Position numbers and translations under genes: made by a program. From an uncultured Acidobacteriaceae bacterium (GTDB taxonomy: Bacteria > Acidobacteriota > Terriglobia > Acidiferrales > UBA7541): DNA of 37,053 bases. The notes under the pieces are model-generated. The model saw nothing but the letters and a program-made list of their open reading frames with translations. It did no database searches and was not told where the DNA came from. Every line of letters starts with the position of its first letter. The stretch's first letter is position 1. Positions 1 through 9,291 of the stretch are shown piece by piece. The stretch covers positions 1 to 37,053 of the forward strand of contig CAYOOS010000003.1 of NCBI GenBank assembly GCA_964405585.1, given 5' to 3'.

Positions 1-2
1 AC

Positions 3-569
<567 letters not shown>

Positions 570-609
570 CTCGCCCCCGGCGAGCTTTCGCCTCACATTC
601 CTAAATTCA

Positions 610-651
610 AAAACGGCGCCCCGGTTTTGCCCGAGGCGCCGTTTTCCATTT
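610..651 (+). terminator. Rho-independent terminator after rpoC
   Basis: AAAACGGCGCC (610-620) pairs with GGCGCCGTTTT (635-645), with an inner CGG/CCG stem and a T-rich tail, about 40 nt after the rpoC stop. Confidence 0.85.
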
Positions 652-742
652 CTCTCTGCCATCATCGCGGCGCCACCCGTTACCATTTCGCCGCAGCCCG
701 TCGGGGCAGGTGAACATCAGGTACCACTCCCCCCGTATCTCC

Positions 743-772
743 TTGCTGCCCTTCCACCACCCTTCTTAAGAT
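743..772 (+). promoter_or_regulatory. Possible sigma70-type promoter for the kinase gene
   Basis: TTGCTG (743-748), 18-nt spacer, TAAGAT (767-772), lying after the terminator and before the kinase ATG. Confidence 0.4.
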
Positions 773-825
773 GGTTCCAGATGATTCACATCGCAAGGCC
801 AGTTCCTTGCGATTCTTAAACATAC

Positions 826-3480
826 ATGCACGCCCCTCTGACTCCTGGCGACGCGCCGAAGGTCTCTACGGAAAGAGAGCCTCGTAATCCCGCAGGGGCA
901 CGTCTGGAATCCTTTGAAAAGCGGCAAACCGAACTCTGGCGTCTCACCTTTTTGCTCCTTCTGATCGTCACCATCGTTTTTGCCTGGTTCGCCTGGGGCA
1001 CCTTGCGCGCTGAAAAATCTCATCTGGAAGCATTGGGATACACCGTCGGACTGGTCGTGCTGGTTCTGCTATTCGGAATTTACATTTGGAATAAAACGCA
1101 GGAAATTGCGGAACTCAAAGGACTTGTCCGCGGCCTCGACCAGAAAGATTCCGTCCTTCCCAGCGATCGCCAGATGGAACAGCTCTTCGCGATGATTTCC
1201 AAATCCCAACAGGGATTCCGCGACCTTATCGATTCTTTCGACGATCTCCTTCTCGCTCTCAGCCTCGATGGCGAAATCCGCGCCGTTAATCGCAGCTTCA
1301 CGGATATCGTCGGCCAGTCCTTCCAGGAAATCATTGGCCGCCGCCTCAGCGACTTCTTTGACGACGTCAACGATACCTCCTCGGATTCCATCGCCAGCGG
1401 AATGTCTCGCTTCGTCGAACGGCGCCACTGGACCGGCGTGGTTCAGGTTCGCGTCAAACGCACCAATACCACATACTTCTTCGATTGCGTCGCTCACGCC
1501 ATGCTCCGCGACGACAAGGTCCACGGCCTCACCATTCTCGCCCGCGATATCACCGCCATTCGCCGCAGCGAAGCTCGCTTCACCGAACTCTTTGAGTCCC
1601 TTCAGGAAGGCATCTACATCGTTACTCCCGAGGATCAGATCCTCGAGGTCAATCCCGCTCTGGTCCGCATGTTGGGGTACGACTCCAAGGAAGAACTCCT
1701 CGGCAAGCATGTCACCCAGATTTTTGTTGACGATGTGCAGCGCCACAAACTTGCCCACGAAATCCATCGTCAGCCCCACCCCCAGGGCCATGAGATCACT
1801 CTGCGCCGCAAGGATGGCCAGCCTCTTTTGTGCCTCAACACCGCCACTGTCGTCCGTGATGCCGCCGGCCGTGTCGTCCGCTATCAAGGGGCCCTCGTTG
1901 ATATTACCGAACGCCGCGCCATCGAAAAGCGTCTTCACAAAGAGCAGGAATTTGCCCGACGCCTCGTTGACAGCTTCCCCGACCTGATATTCGTCGTGGA
2001 CGCCAACAAGCGCTACACATTCGCCAGTCCCAGGGTCAAGGAAGTTCTTGGCTATGAAGATACGGAGACCGTTGGCGTCACCTTTGGCGAGCGCACTCAC
2101 CAGGAAGAGCGCGCTATCCTCATGGCTCTCTATGACGACATGTTCGCCGGTCGCCGCAGCTTTGGCTCCATCGAAGTGCAGGTGCGCCACAAGCAAGGTG
2201 CATGGCGCCGCCTTCGTTGCCACTTCAGCCCACTGTTTGACGAAAACGGCAAAATCGAGGGCATTGTCATTTCCGGCCGTGACGTTACCGAGGTCAAGCG
2301 CCTCGAAGAGCAGCTCATCCAGGCTGAAAAGCTCGCCGCCATGGGCCAGATGCTTGCCGGCGTCGCCCACGAACTCAACAATCCTCTCACCGCCATTCTC
2401 GGCGTCAGCGAATTGCTTCGCGATCGTCAGGGCGTTGACGAAAGCACCAAGCGCCAGCTCGAAATGACTCACCGCCAGGCCCGCCGCGCCGCCCGCATCG
2501 TCCAGAACCTTCTCGAATTCTCACGCCCTGCTTCTCCCCAGAAGAGAGTGCTGGACCTCAACAACATTATCGAACGCACCATTCAGCTTCACGAACATTC
2601 TCTTCGCCGCAGCAACATCGAGGTGGACTTTCATCCTCTCCATGGTCTTCCACCCATCACCGGCGACGCCAACCAACTCATTCAGGTCTTCCTCAATCTC
2701 GTCAGTAATGCGGAACAGGCTATTCGCGAGGTGCGCCAGTCCGGCCGCATCCAGATACGCCTTGGCCAATCCACCAATCGTGTTTTTGCCAGCGTTCAGG
2801 ATGACGGTATCGGCATCAAGCCGGAAGCCTTGGCCAAGCTTTTCGATCCTTTCTTCACCACTAAGCGTCCAGGTGGTGGCACAGGCTTGGGTCTCAGTAT
2901 CTGCATGTCGATCGTCCGCGAGCATGGCGGCAACATCGAAGTCGAAAGCCTTCCCGCGGGGGGCGCTGCGTTCACGGTTTCTCTACCACCTTCGCCCCAA
3001 GGGCCCACCGCAGTTGCGCCCCACGACCTCGATTCCAATTCCGGCAGCGGCGAAATCAAAATGAAGTCCCTCTCCGTCCTGCGCGGCCGCGCCGTTCTGG
3101 TCCTTGACGACGAAGAGAGCATCCGCATGCTCCTCTCCGAAGGACTTGCGGCTCACGGCCTCAAGGTGGACTGCGCCGCCTCTGCCGAGCAGGCTCTTAG
3201 CCTTGTTCTTGGCAACAAATACGACGCCATTCTTTGTGATTTGAAGTTGTCGGGATCGGGCCCCAACGCGGACGGCTACGGAGTCGCCCAGCGTCTCCGC
3301 GTTGCAGCTGGTTCCAACCGCACAGAAATCATCTTCATGTCCGGTGACGTGATTGGCGAACAGGGCGACCAGGGTGGTGTGCGGAAGGACCGCGCCCTCC
3401 AGAAACCCTTCCGTATCTCGGATGTCCTGAGTATTCTGATGGCCGTCGTCTGTCAGTCACCGCCGCCAGGGAAATCCTAA
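826..3480 (+). CDS. Membrane-bound hybrid sensor histidine kinase (2 TM, 3 PAS, HisKA, HATPase, receiver)
   Basis: Two N-terminal hydrophobic helices; three PAS/PAC units ending in RDIT, VDIT and RDVT; H-box GVAHELNNPL; N-box QVFLNLVSNA; G-boxes DDGIGI, FDPFFTTK, GTGLGL; receiver motifs VLDDE, LCDLKL, MSG, LQKPF. Confidence 0.95.
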   Translation: MHAPLTPGDAPKVSTEREPRNPAGARLESFEKRQTELWRLTFLLLLIVTIVFAWFAWGTLRAEKSHLEALGYTVGLVVLVLLFGIYIWNKTQEIAELKGLVRGLDQKDSVLPSDRQMEQLFAMISKSQQGFRDLIDSFDDLLLALSLDGEIRAVNRSFTDIVGQSFQEIIGRRLSDFFDDVNDTSSDSIASGMSRFVERRHWTGVVQVRVKRTNTTYFFDCVAHAMLRDDKVHGLTILARDITAIRRSEARFTELFESLQEGIYIVTPEDQILEVNPALVRMLGYDSKEELLGKHVTQIFVDDVQRHKLAHEIHRQPHPQGHEITLRRKDGQPLLCLNTATVVRDAAGRVVRYQGALVDITERRAIEKRLHKEQEFARRLVDSFPDLIFVVDANKRYTFASPRVKEVLGYEDTETVGVTFGERTHQEERAILMALYDDMFAGRRSFGSIEVQVRHKQGAWRRLRCHFSPLFDENGKIEGIVISGRDVTEVKRLEEQLIQAEKLAAMGQMLAGVAHELNNPLTAILGVSELLRDRQGVDESTKRQLEMTHRQARRAARIVQNLLEFSRPASPQKRVLDLNNIIERTIQLHEHSLRRSNIEVDFHPLHGLPPITGDANQLIQVFLNLVSNAEQAIREVRQSGRIQIRLGQSTNRVFASVQDDGIGIKPEALAKLFDPFFTTKRPGGGTGLGLSICMSIVREHGGNIEVESLPAGGAAFTVSLPPSPQGPTAVAPHDLDSNSGSGEIKMKSLSVLRGRAVLVLDDEESIRMLLSEGLAAHGLKVDCAASAEQALSLVLGNKYDAILCDLKLSGSGPNADGYGVAQRLRVAAGSNRTEIIFMSGDVIGEQGDQGGVRKDRALQKPFRISDVLSILMAVVCQSPPPGKS

Positions 3481-3491
3481 GCCTCCGCTCT

Positions 3492-4460
3492 CTATTTCTT
3501 TGAGTTATCCGCGCTGGCATCCACCCCAAAATCCCAGACAAATAGATTCAGTCCGTCCGGAAGAATCTCCGCCAGCACATATTCGCCCGGCGGCAGAGGC
3601 GCGCTCAGCGTGAAACGGTAAACATCCGTCGCTATTTCCCAGCGCTGCACCGCTATCACACTCCGCTGTTCGTCTATCTGCTCTCCAAACAGTGATCGAA
3701 TCGTCTCCAGTTGCCTCTGATTGTGCGTGACCTTTGCCCGGATCAATTCGACTTCCGGCCCCGATTCTCCCGGCCGGCTGCTCATTTCCACCTTCGAAAC
3801 TCGGTCCGGGTCCGGCGCTGCCTCGCGCAAATAAAACTCTGGTCGCGTTGTCTTCAATCGCACGGTTGCCCTGGTTCCCGCAATAATCACGTGCGCTTTC
3901 CCAGGCACGATGGGAATGGGTGAAAGGATTTGCTTGATCGTCTGTTTCGCGTCCGTCTTCAGCCCTGAACTCACCTGGTCCAGGATCCGCACGGATTTTC
4001 CTTCCACCACAAACATTCCTTCCCCCGAAGGTAGAAATGCTCCGTCACCCACCGGGAGGCTTGCATCAATATCCGCCACATTGTCCATGCGCGCGGCCTC
4101 ATCCTGGCTGTGAACTTTCGCGATCATTGCGGACGACGATTTCTCCTCCTCCGCATCCGCTTTTATCGTTGCCTCCCAATCCACCAGTGACGCCGGCAGC
4201 TCTTCCCAGTCTCCCCGCTCCAGGCTGAAGTACCTTACTCGTTCGCCATCTCGTTGGTATTCCCGGATGATCTGGTAAGTGCCATCCTTCAGGATGAGTT
4301 TCTTCCCCCGCGGCAAAGTCGCCGCCGAAGGATTGTCTTGCCCTGTTTTTGTTTGCTGGGAATTACCTGCCGGAGAATCGCCCGGAACAGTGGCAACACC
4401 AAGCGGTAACACGAGGAAAAGCAGACATAACCCGCAGGCGGATAAGTGTGGACCAGCCAT
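3492..4460 (-). CDS. Hypothetical exported protein
   Basis: ATG at 4460 precedes a signal-peptide-like hydrophobic stretch (LCLLFLVLPLGVA). The rest reads as a globular protein. The longer track start runs into the pirin promoter region. Confidence 0.75.
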   Translation of the reverse strand: MAGPHLSACGLCLLFLVLPLGVATVPGDSPAGNSQQTKTGQDNPSAATLPRGKKLILKDGTYQIIREYQRDGERVRYFSLERGDWEELPASLVDWEATIKADAEEEKSSSAMIAKVHSQDEAARMDNVADIDASLPVGDGAFLPSGEGMFVVEGKSVRILDQVSSGLKTDAKQTIKQILSPIPIVPGKAHVIIAGTRATVRLKTTRPEFYLREAAPDPDRVSKVEMSSRPGESGPEVELIRAKVTHNQRQLETIRSLFGEQIDEQRSVIAVQRWEIATDVYRFTLSAPLPPGEYVLAEILPDGLNLFVWDFGVDASADNSKK

Positions 4461-4645
4461 CGGAACACTCCGGTGAGCGCTTGTCCCTACGGAGAGAGGG
4501 CCGCGCGCCACCTGAAATTCAGCATAACGCGGCACCCCAACCCCCGCAAGCCGCTCAACTTGTAGCCCCACTTTCTTTCGATGTACCTTTCCCCGGACCC
4601 TGTTGCATCCAAAAACTCGGCTTCGTTCCACTTCCCGGAGGCCTC

Positions 4646-5560
4646 ATGTCCATTCGGCCCGTCAAGCGCCTCGTCCGCGCAAAACCCACCATGGAAGGAG
4701 CCGGTGTGCACCTCCGGCGTGCTTTTGGCTTTGGCACCACCTCCGATTTTGATCCTTTCCTTCTCCTCGATGATTTCCGCAACGACGTTCCAGAAGACTA
4801 TCTTGCGGGTTTCCCCTGGCACCCTCATCGCGGCATTGAAACCATCACCTACGTCCTCGCGGGCACCGTCGAACACGGCGACAGCATCGGCAATCGCGGC
4901 GCCATCTCCGCGGGAGACGTCCAGTGGATGACCGCGGGCAGTGGCATCATCCATCAGGAAATGCCCAAGGGTGATGAAGCTGGCCGCATGCATGGCTTTC
5001 AGCTCTGGGCCAATCTGCCCTCTTCCCTGAAAATGACCCCGCCGCGTTATCAGGAAGTGAAAGCTCCGGACGTTGTTCAGGTCACCGATGACGATGGCAC
5101 ACACGTTCGTGTCATCTGCGGAAAATTCTGGGGCGCCACTGGCCCTGTGGATGGCATCGCTGCCGACCCCATGTACCTCGATATTTCGGTCCCCCCGGGC
5201 CGCCGCAAGACGTTTCGGGTTGAAACCACTCGCCATGCCTTCGCTTATGTTTTCGCAGGCTCGGGAAAATTCTGTAACGCTTCCGACCCTCTCGCCGTCC
5301 CCACTGAACCTGTTTCTTGGGCGGACACCACCCCTCCCGCCGCGGCCGACAATCGTTCGCTGGTCCTCTTCGATCGCGGCGATGAACTCATAGTCCAGGC
5401 CGGCGATGATGGCATCCGCTTCCTGCTCGTTTCCGGTAAGCCTCTCGAAGAACCTGTCGCCTGGTATGGCCCCATCGTCATGAACACTCAGGCCGAACTC
5501 CGCCAGGCTTTTCAGGAACTTGACCAGGGCAACTTCCTCAAGCCCCACCCCACAAAATAA
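4646..5560 (+). CDS. Pirin family protein (bicupin)
   Basis: DPFLLLD, GFPWHPHRGIETITY, VQWMTAGSGIIHQE, GFQLWANLP and GPIVMNT motifs. GGAGG RBS before the ATG at 4646. Confidence 0.95.
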   Translation: MSIRPVKRLVRAKPTMEGAGVHLRRAFGFGTTSDFDPFLLLDDFRNDVPEDYLAGFPWHPHRGIETITYVLAGTVEHGDSIGNRGAISAGDVQWMTAGSGIIHQEMPKGDEAGRMHGFQLWANLPSSLKMTPPRYQEVKAPDVVQVTDDDGTHVRVICGKFWGATGPVDGIAADPMYLDISVPPGRRKTFRVETTRHAFAYVFAGSGKFCNASDPLAVPTEPVSWADTTPPAAADNRSLVLFDRGDELIVQAGDDGIRFLLVSGKPLEEPVAWYGPIVMNTQAELRQAFQELDQGNFLKPHPTK

Positions 5561-5586
5561 CCCGGGCCGCTTCTAGGCCACAGGGT

Positions 5587-6081
5587 TTAGTCTGCGCCAA
5601 TTGTCGCTAGTCGGAATCGCTTCGTCGCCATCACTCCGATCGCGACAAAAGTAAGCAGCACAAATAGCTGTACCACCAGGAAAGTCGGTTCGGATCCTGT
5701 TGGGGCCAACGCTTTCAGCGCCGGCACTTTTTGGAACAGTTGTGCAATCAGCACAAACACATTGAAGTACAGCGCGATTACCGCGCTGATTACGTAGACT
5801 CGACGCCACGCGCCCGAGAGCTGCAACCGGTATAGCGCCATCGTCGCCAGCAGCAGCGCCAGTAGCGAAAGAACACCCAGAATGTGCGACGGCAATACCT
5901 TATGGAAGGGGAAAAAGAAGCCCGTAACGCTCGTCAGTGTCGTGCTGGCCAGGAACAGGGTAGTCCACCCGTTCAGGCGCTTCCCGCCCAGCAGACCTAT
6001 AACCACCACCAATCCCGACGCAATCCCAATTAAGCTCAATACAACGTGCACGAAAGTCAGAGTCGTCATCCCCAGAATCAT
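5587..6081 (-). CDS. Hypothetical integral membrane protein (about 5 TM helices)
   Basis: GGAGGAG RBS before the ATG at 6081 (MILGMTT...). Several hydrophobic helices, with His residues in two of them. Confidence 0.85.
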   Translation of the reverse strand: MILGMTTLTFVHVVLSLIGIASGLVVVIGLLGGKRLNGWTTLFLASTTLTSVTGFFFPFHKVLPSHILGVLSLLALLLATMALYRLQLSGAWRRVYVISAVIALYFNVFVLIAQLFQKVPALKALAPTGSEPTFLVVQLFVLLTFVAIGVMATKRFRLATIGAD

Positions 6082-6131
6082 GATCTCCTCCACTCAGCCG
6101 CCTCTCATCTCAGACGTCCCGGAGGTCCACG

Positions 6132-6160
6132 AAGATACACTTGGCCGCACCCCCAGCCAA
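6132..6160 (-). promoter_or_regulatory. Possible sigma70-type promoter for the membrane protein gene
   Basis: Minus strand TTGGCT, 17-nt spacer, TATCTT, about 50 nt upstream of the start. Confidence 0.4.
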
Positions 6161-6398
6161 TTCCTTTTTTCCTACTCTCGCTATCAGTTCTTTGGCTTCC
6201 CCCGCCCAGTCCAGGCACACTCGTGGCCCCGCTGCTAAGTTGCAACTGTGCCACTTTTCATTTTGTAGGGAAATCTGCTAGGTGCGGTAACGGCGCCGAT
6301 TTGAAGCGAATCGGGCTTCCTTCGGTCTCAGCCGCGGGCTGGGAATACTCCAGCGGCTGCCTCGATAGGAGCGATTCTCGAATCCATCCCGCTGCCGC

Positions 6399-6617
6399 TT
6401 AGTGCGTGCAGCGCGGGAACAATGTCACTAAAACCATTAAATCCGAAAGCGTAAAAAGCCATTGGTCCGCTTTGGCGCCCGCTGCTTCAGCCGCCCTCGC
6501 GATGAATCCCAAGTGCCGGCTACGCGCGAAATTGTGCAGGTGCTCTGCACAAATTCCCGTGAGGCTGGCAACTTCCGCCTCCGTGAAGATTTTCTGACTC
6601 GACTTGACCTTTACCAC
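6399..6617 (-). CDS. Small (72 aa) putative MerR/excisionase-like HTH protein
   Basis: GAGG RBS then GTG at 6617. FTEAEVASLTGICAEHLHNFAR...WLFTLSDL follows the MerR/HTH_17 pattern. Confidence 0.65.
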   Translation of the reverse strand: MVKVKSSQKIFTEAEVASLTGICAEHLHNFARSRHLGFIARAAEAAGAKADQWLFTLSDLMVLVTLFPRCTH

Positions 6618-6854
6618 GGCTATCCTCTCGTTTTCTCCGCCAATCTCGTAATCGTTCACCTGGTGAGATGCTTTGCCGAGGTTACGAGATGCTAATTCTT
6701 CCTGCAATAGTCGTTCCGTTTTATTATCCCAAAACGAATTCTCTAGTACTTTTCTCCAACTATGTGCAAAACGCTGCCTTTTCCTCGTTTTTCTTCATCC
6801 CAAACGACTTAGACGGCCAGCCTGAACCCACTGCCGTCGGTATGCAAAAACGTA

Positions 6855-7394
6855 CTATTTTTGGGTATTCTCTACAGCTTTCGGGAGGTGTGCGGCTAAC
6901 TCCTTGATTTGTTTGGTGTGCCGCAACTCGTGAGAGGCAATCATTTCAAACCATTCGTATACATTCAGCATCCCCAGAAACGCATGGGCCCACATATAGA
7001 CGCTCAGGTCCCGCTGTTGTGTCTCTTCCAGAAAAGCCAGTGTGCGCTCGCGCGCGCCTCGCAGTTCCGCCAGCATCTCTTCTTTGTTTCCCAGAAGGCT
7101 GTGGTCCAGCGGCATCGGCGACTTCCGCCGCACCAGACGCACCTCCACCAGCCAAAGTGGCAGGTGAAACCGTTTAAGAAAGGGAATCTCCTTCGGAATT
7201 TTCTGTGTGATGCGATCCGCGCCGCCCACCACGGCGAGTTCCACCATGATCAGATGGGCCACGATTTGAGCAGCGGACCACTCCGCTGGCCTTGGCTTGC
7301 TGTCCCATTTTTCGGGGGGAATCGCGTCGGCAGCGCGAAAGAAAATTGTCTGCGCTCGCGCAAGTTTCTCTACGATAAGTTCAATCGAACGCAC
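6855..7394 (-). CDS. DinB/YfiT family protein
   Basis: WSAAQIVAHL, HAFLGMLNVYEW and IASHELRHTKQI motifs, giving the His triad of the DinB superfamily. Confidence 0.9.
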   Translation of the reverse strand: MRSIELIVEKLARAQTIFFRAADAIPPEKWDSKPRPAEWSAAQIVAHLIMVELAVVGGADRITQKIPKEIPFLKRFHLPLWLVEVRLVRRKSPMPLDHSLLGNKEEMLAELRGARERTLAFLEETQQRDLSVYMWAHAFLGMLNVYEWFEMIASHELRHTKQIKELAAHLPKAVENTQK

Positions 7395-7400
7395 GCCCCT

Positions 7401-7409
7401 ACTCTATCA
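7401..7409 (-). promoter_or_regulatory. Extended -10 element (TGnTAGAGT), probable leaderless start of the DinB gene
   Basis: TG-A-TAGAGT followed by 6 nt and then the GTG start. Confidence 0.5.
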
Positions 7410-7415
7410 GGAACT

Positions 7416-8855
7416 CTACAGCGCGGCCCCGCCTGCTCGCTCAAACGCGTGGGCCAGGCGCAGCACCTTTGCCTCACCGAACGCCGGGCCGAACACTTGC
7501 AATCCCACGGGTAGCTTGCCGCCGATTCTTCCGCACGGTACACTGATCCCCGGCAGCCCCGCCAGCGACCCTGTAACCGTATATATATCAGCAAGATACA
7601 TCTGCAGTGGGTCGTTCACGCGCTCCCCCAGCTTAAACGCCGGAACCGGCGAAGTTGGAGTCACAATCGCGTCCACTTTCTGGAATGCCTCGCGGAAATC
7701 CTGCGCGATTAGCGCCCGCACTTTCTGCCCTTTCAGGTAATAGGCGTCGTAGTAGCCTGCCGAGAGCACATACGTTCCCAGCACGATCCGGCGTTTCACT
7801 TCCGGCCCAAAACCCGCGCCACGCGTCTTCCGGTACATCGCAATCAGCGAATCTCCGTCCACGCGCGGACCGAACCGCACACCGTCATAGCGCGCCAGGT
7901 TGGAGCTCGCCTCCGCCGTCGCAATGACGTAGTAGGTCGCAATCGCGTAGTCCGTGTGCGGCAGATGGATATCCATCAACTCGCAGCCCATCTTCCGCAG
8001 CAGCGAAATCCCTGCTTCCACTTTTTCCCGAACTCCGGCATCCATACCTGCACCGAAGTACTCTTTTGGGATACCGATTTTCATTCCTTTAACAGGTTTC
8101 TCGAGGCCCGCCGCATAATCCTCCACCGGCGCAGTTGTCGAAGTGGAATCGTTGGGGTCGCGCCCCGCAATAATCTGGAGCACCTTCGCTACATCGGCCA
8201 CGTTGTGCGCGAAGGGTCCAATACGATCCAGCGATGACGCAAACGCGATCAGCCCGTACCGCGATACCCGGCCATAACTGCCCATCATCGCCGGTAATCC
8301 GCAGAACGATCCCGGTTGCCGAATCGACCCGCCCGTATCCGTACCCAGCGCCGCCACCGCCAAATCCGCCGCCACCGCCGCCGCCGAGCCGCCGCTGGAC
8401 CCGCCCGGCACGCGGTCCGGCGCCACGGGGTTCTTTACCGGGCCGTATGAGGAATTCTCTGTCGAGCTGCCCATCGCGAACTCGTCGCAATTCGTCTTAC
8501 CCAGAATCACCGCGCCTGCCGCTTCCAACCGGACCACAGCCGTCGCGTCATAGGGGGGGATGTAATTGTCCAGGATCTTGGAGCCACAGGTAGTCCGCAG
8601 GCCGCGAGTACTGATCGTATCCTTAATAGCAATCGGCACGCCGGCCAGCGGAGGCAGCGGCTTGCCCGCGGCAACCATCGCGTCTACGCGGTCCGCCTGC
8701 GCATAAGCTCGGTTCTCACTCAGCGTCAGAAACGCATTGAGTTCAGGGTTGCGCGCCGCAATCCGCTTGTAATACTCAGCGGCAATCTCCCGCGCCGAAG
8801 CCTTCTTAGCGCCAATCGCTTCCCGCACCGTCGTAATCGTCCAATTCGTCGTCAT
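7416..8855 (-). CDS. gatA: Asp-tRNA(Asn)/Glu-tRNA(Gln) amidotransferase subunit A
   Basis: Amidase signature GKTNCDEFAMGSS, PGGSSGGSAA, LGTDTGGSIRQP; also EASSNLARYDG and EVKRRIVLGTYVLSAGYYDAYY; adjacent to gatC. Start placed at MTTNW. Confidence 0.97.
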   Translation of the reverse strand: MTTNWTITTVREAIGAKKASAREIAAEYYKRIAARNPELNAFLTLSENRAYAQADRVDAMVAAGKPLPPLAGVPIAIKDTISTRGLRTTCGSKILDNYIPPYDATAVVRLEAAGAVILGKTNCDEFAMGSSTENSSYGPVKNPVAPDRVPGGSSGGSAAAVAADLAVAALGTDTGGSIRQPGSFCGLPAMMGSYGRVSRYGLIAFASSLDRIGPFAHNVADVAKVLQIIAGRDPNDSTSTTAPVEDYAAGLEKPVKGMKIGIPKEYFGAGMDAGVREKVEAGISLLRKMGCELMDIHLPHTDYAIATYYVIATAEASSNLARYDGVRFGPRVDGDSLIAMYRKTRGAGFGPEVKRRIVLGTYVLSAGYYDAYYLKGQKVRALIAQDFREAFQKVDAIVTPTSPVPAFKLGERVNDPLQMYLADIYTVTGSLAGLPGISVPCGRIGGKLPVGLQVFGPAFGEAKVLRLAHAFERAGGAAL

Positions 8856-8863
8856 GCTTTTAT

Positions 8864-8893
8864 CTCGCCACTCGCCACTCGTCACTCGCCACT
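8864..8893. repeat. Tandem heptamer repeat (CTCGCCA x4, one variant CTCGTCA)
   Basis: ctcgcca-ctcgcca-ctcgtca-ctcgcca-ct read directly in the gatC-gatA spacer. Confidence 0.9.
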
Positions 8894-9194
8894 ATCTTTC
8901 AATAACCTTCGGCACCAGAAAATACGGCGGCTCCGCGTCCGGAGCATGCTCCAGCACATCATCGGCAACCGCGGACAGCACCACCAGGTCCTCTCGCAAG
9001 GTCGCATCGGCGGTCTGGTCGTCCGCCAACACCTGCGCCATAGGCTCCACCTTAGTAGTGTCCAGCTCGTTCAGCTTCCCGATGTACTCCAGAATTTCGT
9101 CGATTTGCGCGCGGTACGTCTCCAATTCCGCCTCACCCAAATCCAGGTAAGCCAAATCCGCCACCCGCAACACATCTTCCCGGCTAATTTTCAC
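8892..9194 (-). CDS. gatC: Asp-tRNA(Asn)/Glu-tRNA(Gln) amidotransferase subunit C
   Basis: ISREDVLRVADLAYL, LNELDTTKVEPM, LREDLV and YFLVPKVIE; 100 aa; directly upstream of gatA. Confidence 0.96.
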   Translation of the reverse strand: MKISREDVLRVADLAYLDLGEAELETYRAQIDEILEYIGKLNELDTTKVEPMAQVLADDQTADATLREDLVVLSAVADDVLEHAPDAEPPYFLVPKVIER

Positions 9195-9230
9195 GATTTA
9201 CCCCAGTGGTAGAGCATCATGCAAACACAA

Positions 9231-9239
9231 ATCTTAGCA
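9231..9239 (-). promoter_or_regulatory. Extended -10 element (TGCTAAGAT) upstream of gatC
   Basis: TGnTANNNT match about 36 nt upstream of the gatC start. Confidence 0.5.
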
Positions 9240-9291
9240 TAGCTGGATGAGGGTTCAGGGGAGTCCGGTTAGTAGCCCACAGAATTCGCCG

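Noticed and set aside
1069-2472. 467-aa antisense ORF, and similar ones at 4487-5548, 25132-26229, 31599-33218 and 33219-34241
   Set aside because: Antisense mirrors of the kinase, pirin, lysS and bamA genes, produced by codon bias.
6240-6253. Minus-strand TGGCACAGTTGCA resembling a sigma54 promoter
   Set aside because: GG-to-GC spacing is 7 nt instead of the required 10.
6310-6335. Minus-strand GACCGAAGGAAGC resembling SRP RNA helix 8
   Set aside because: Lacks the CAGG...GGAA...AGCAG consensus and the long enclosing stem.
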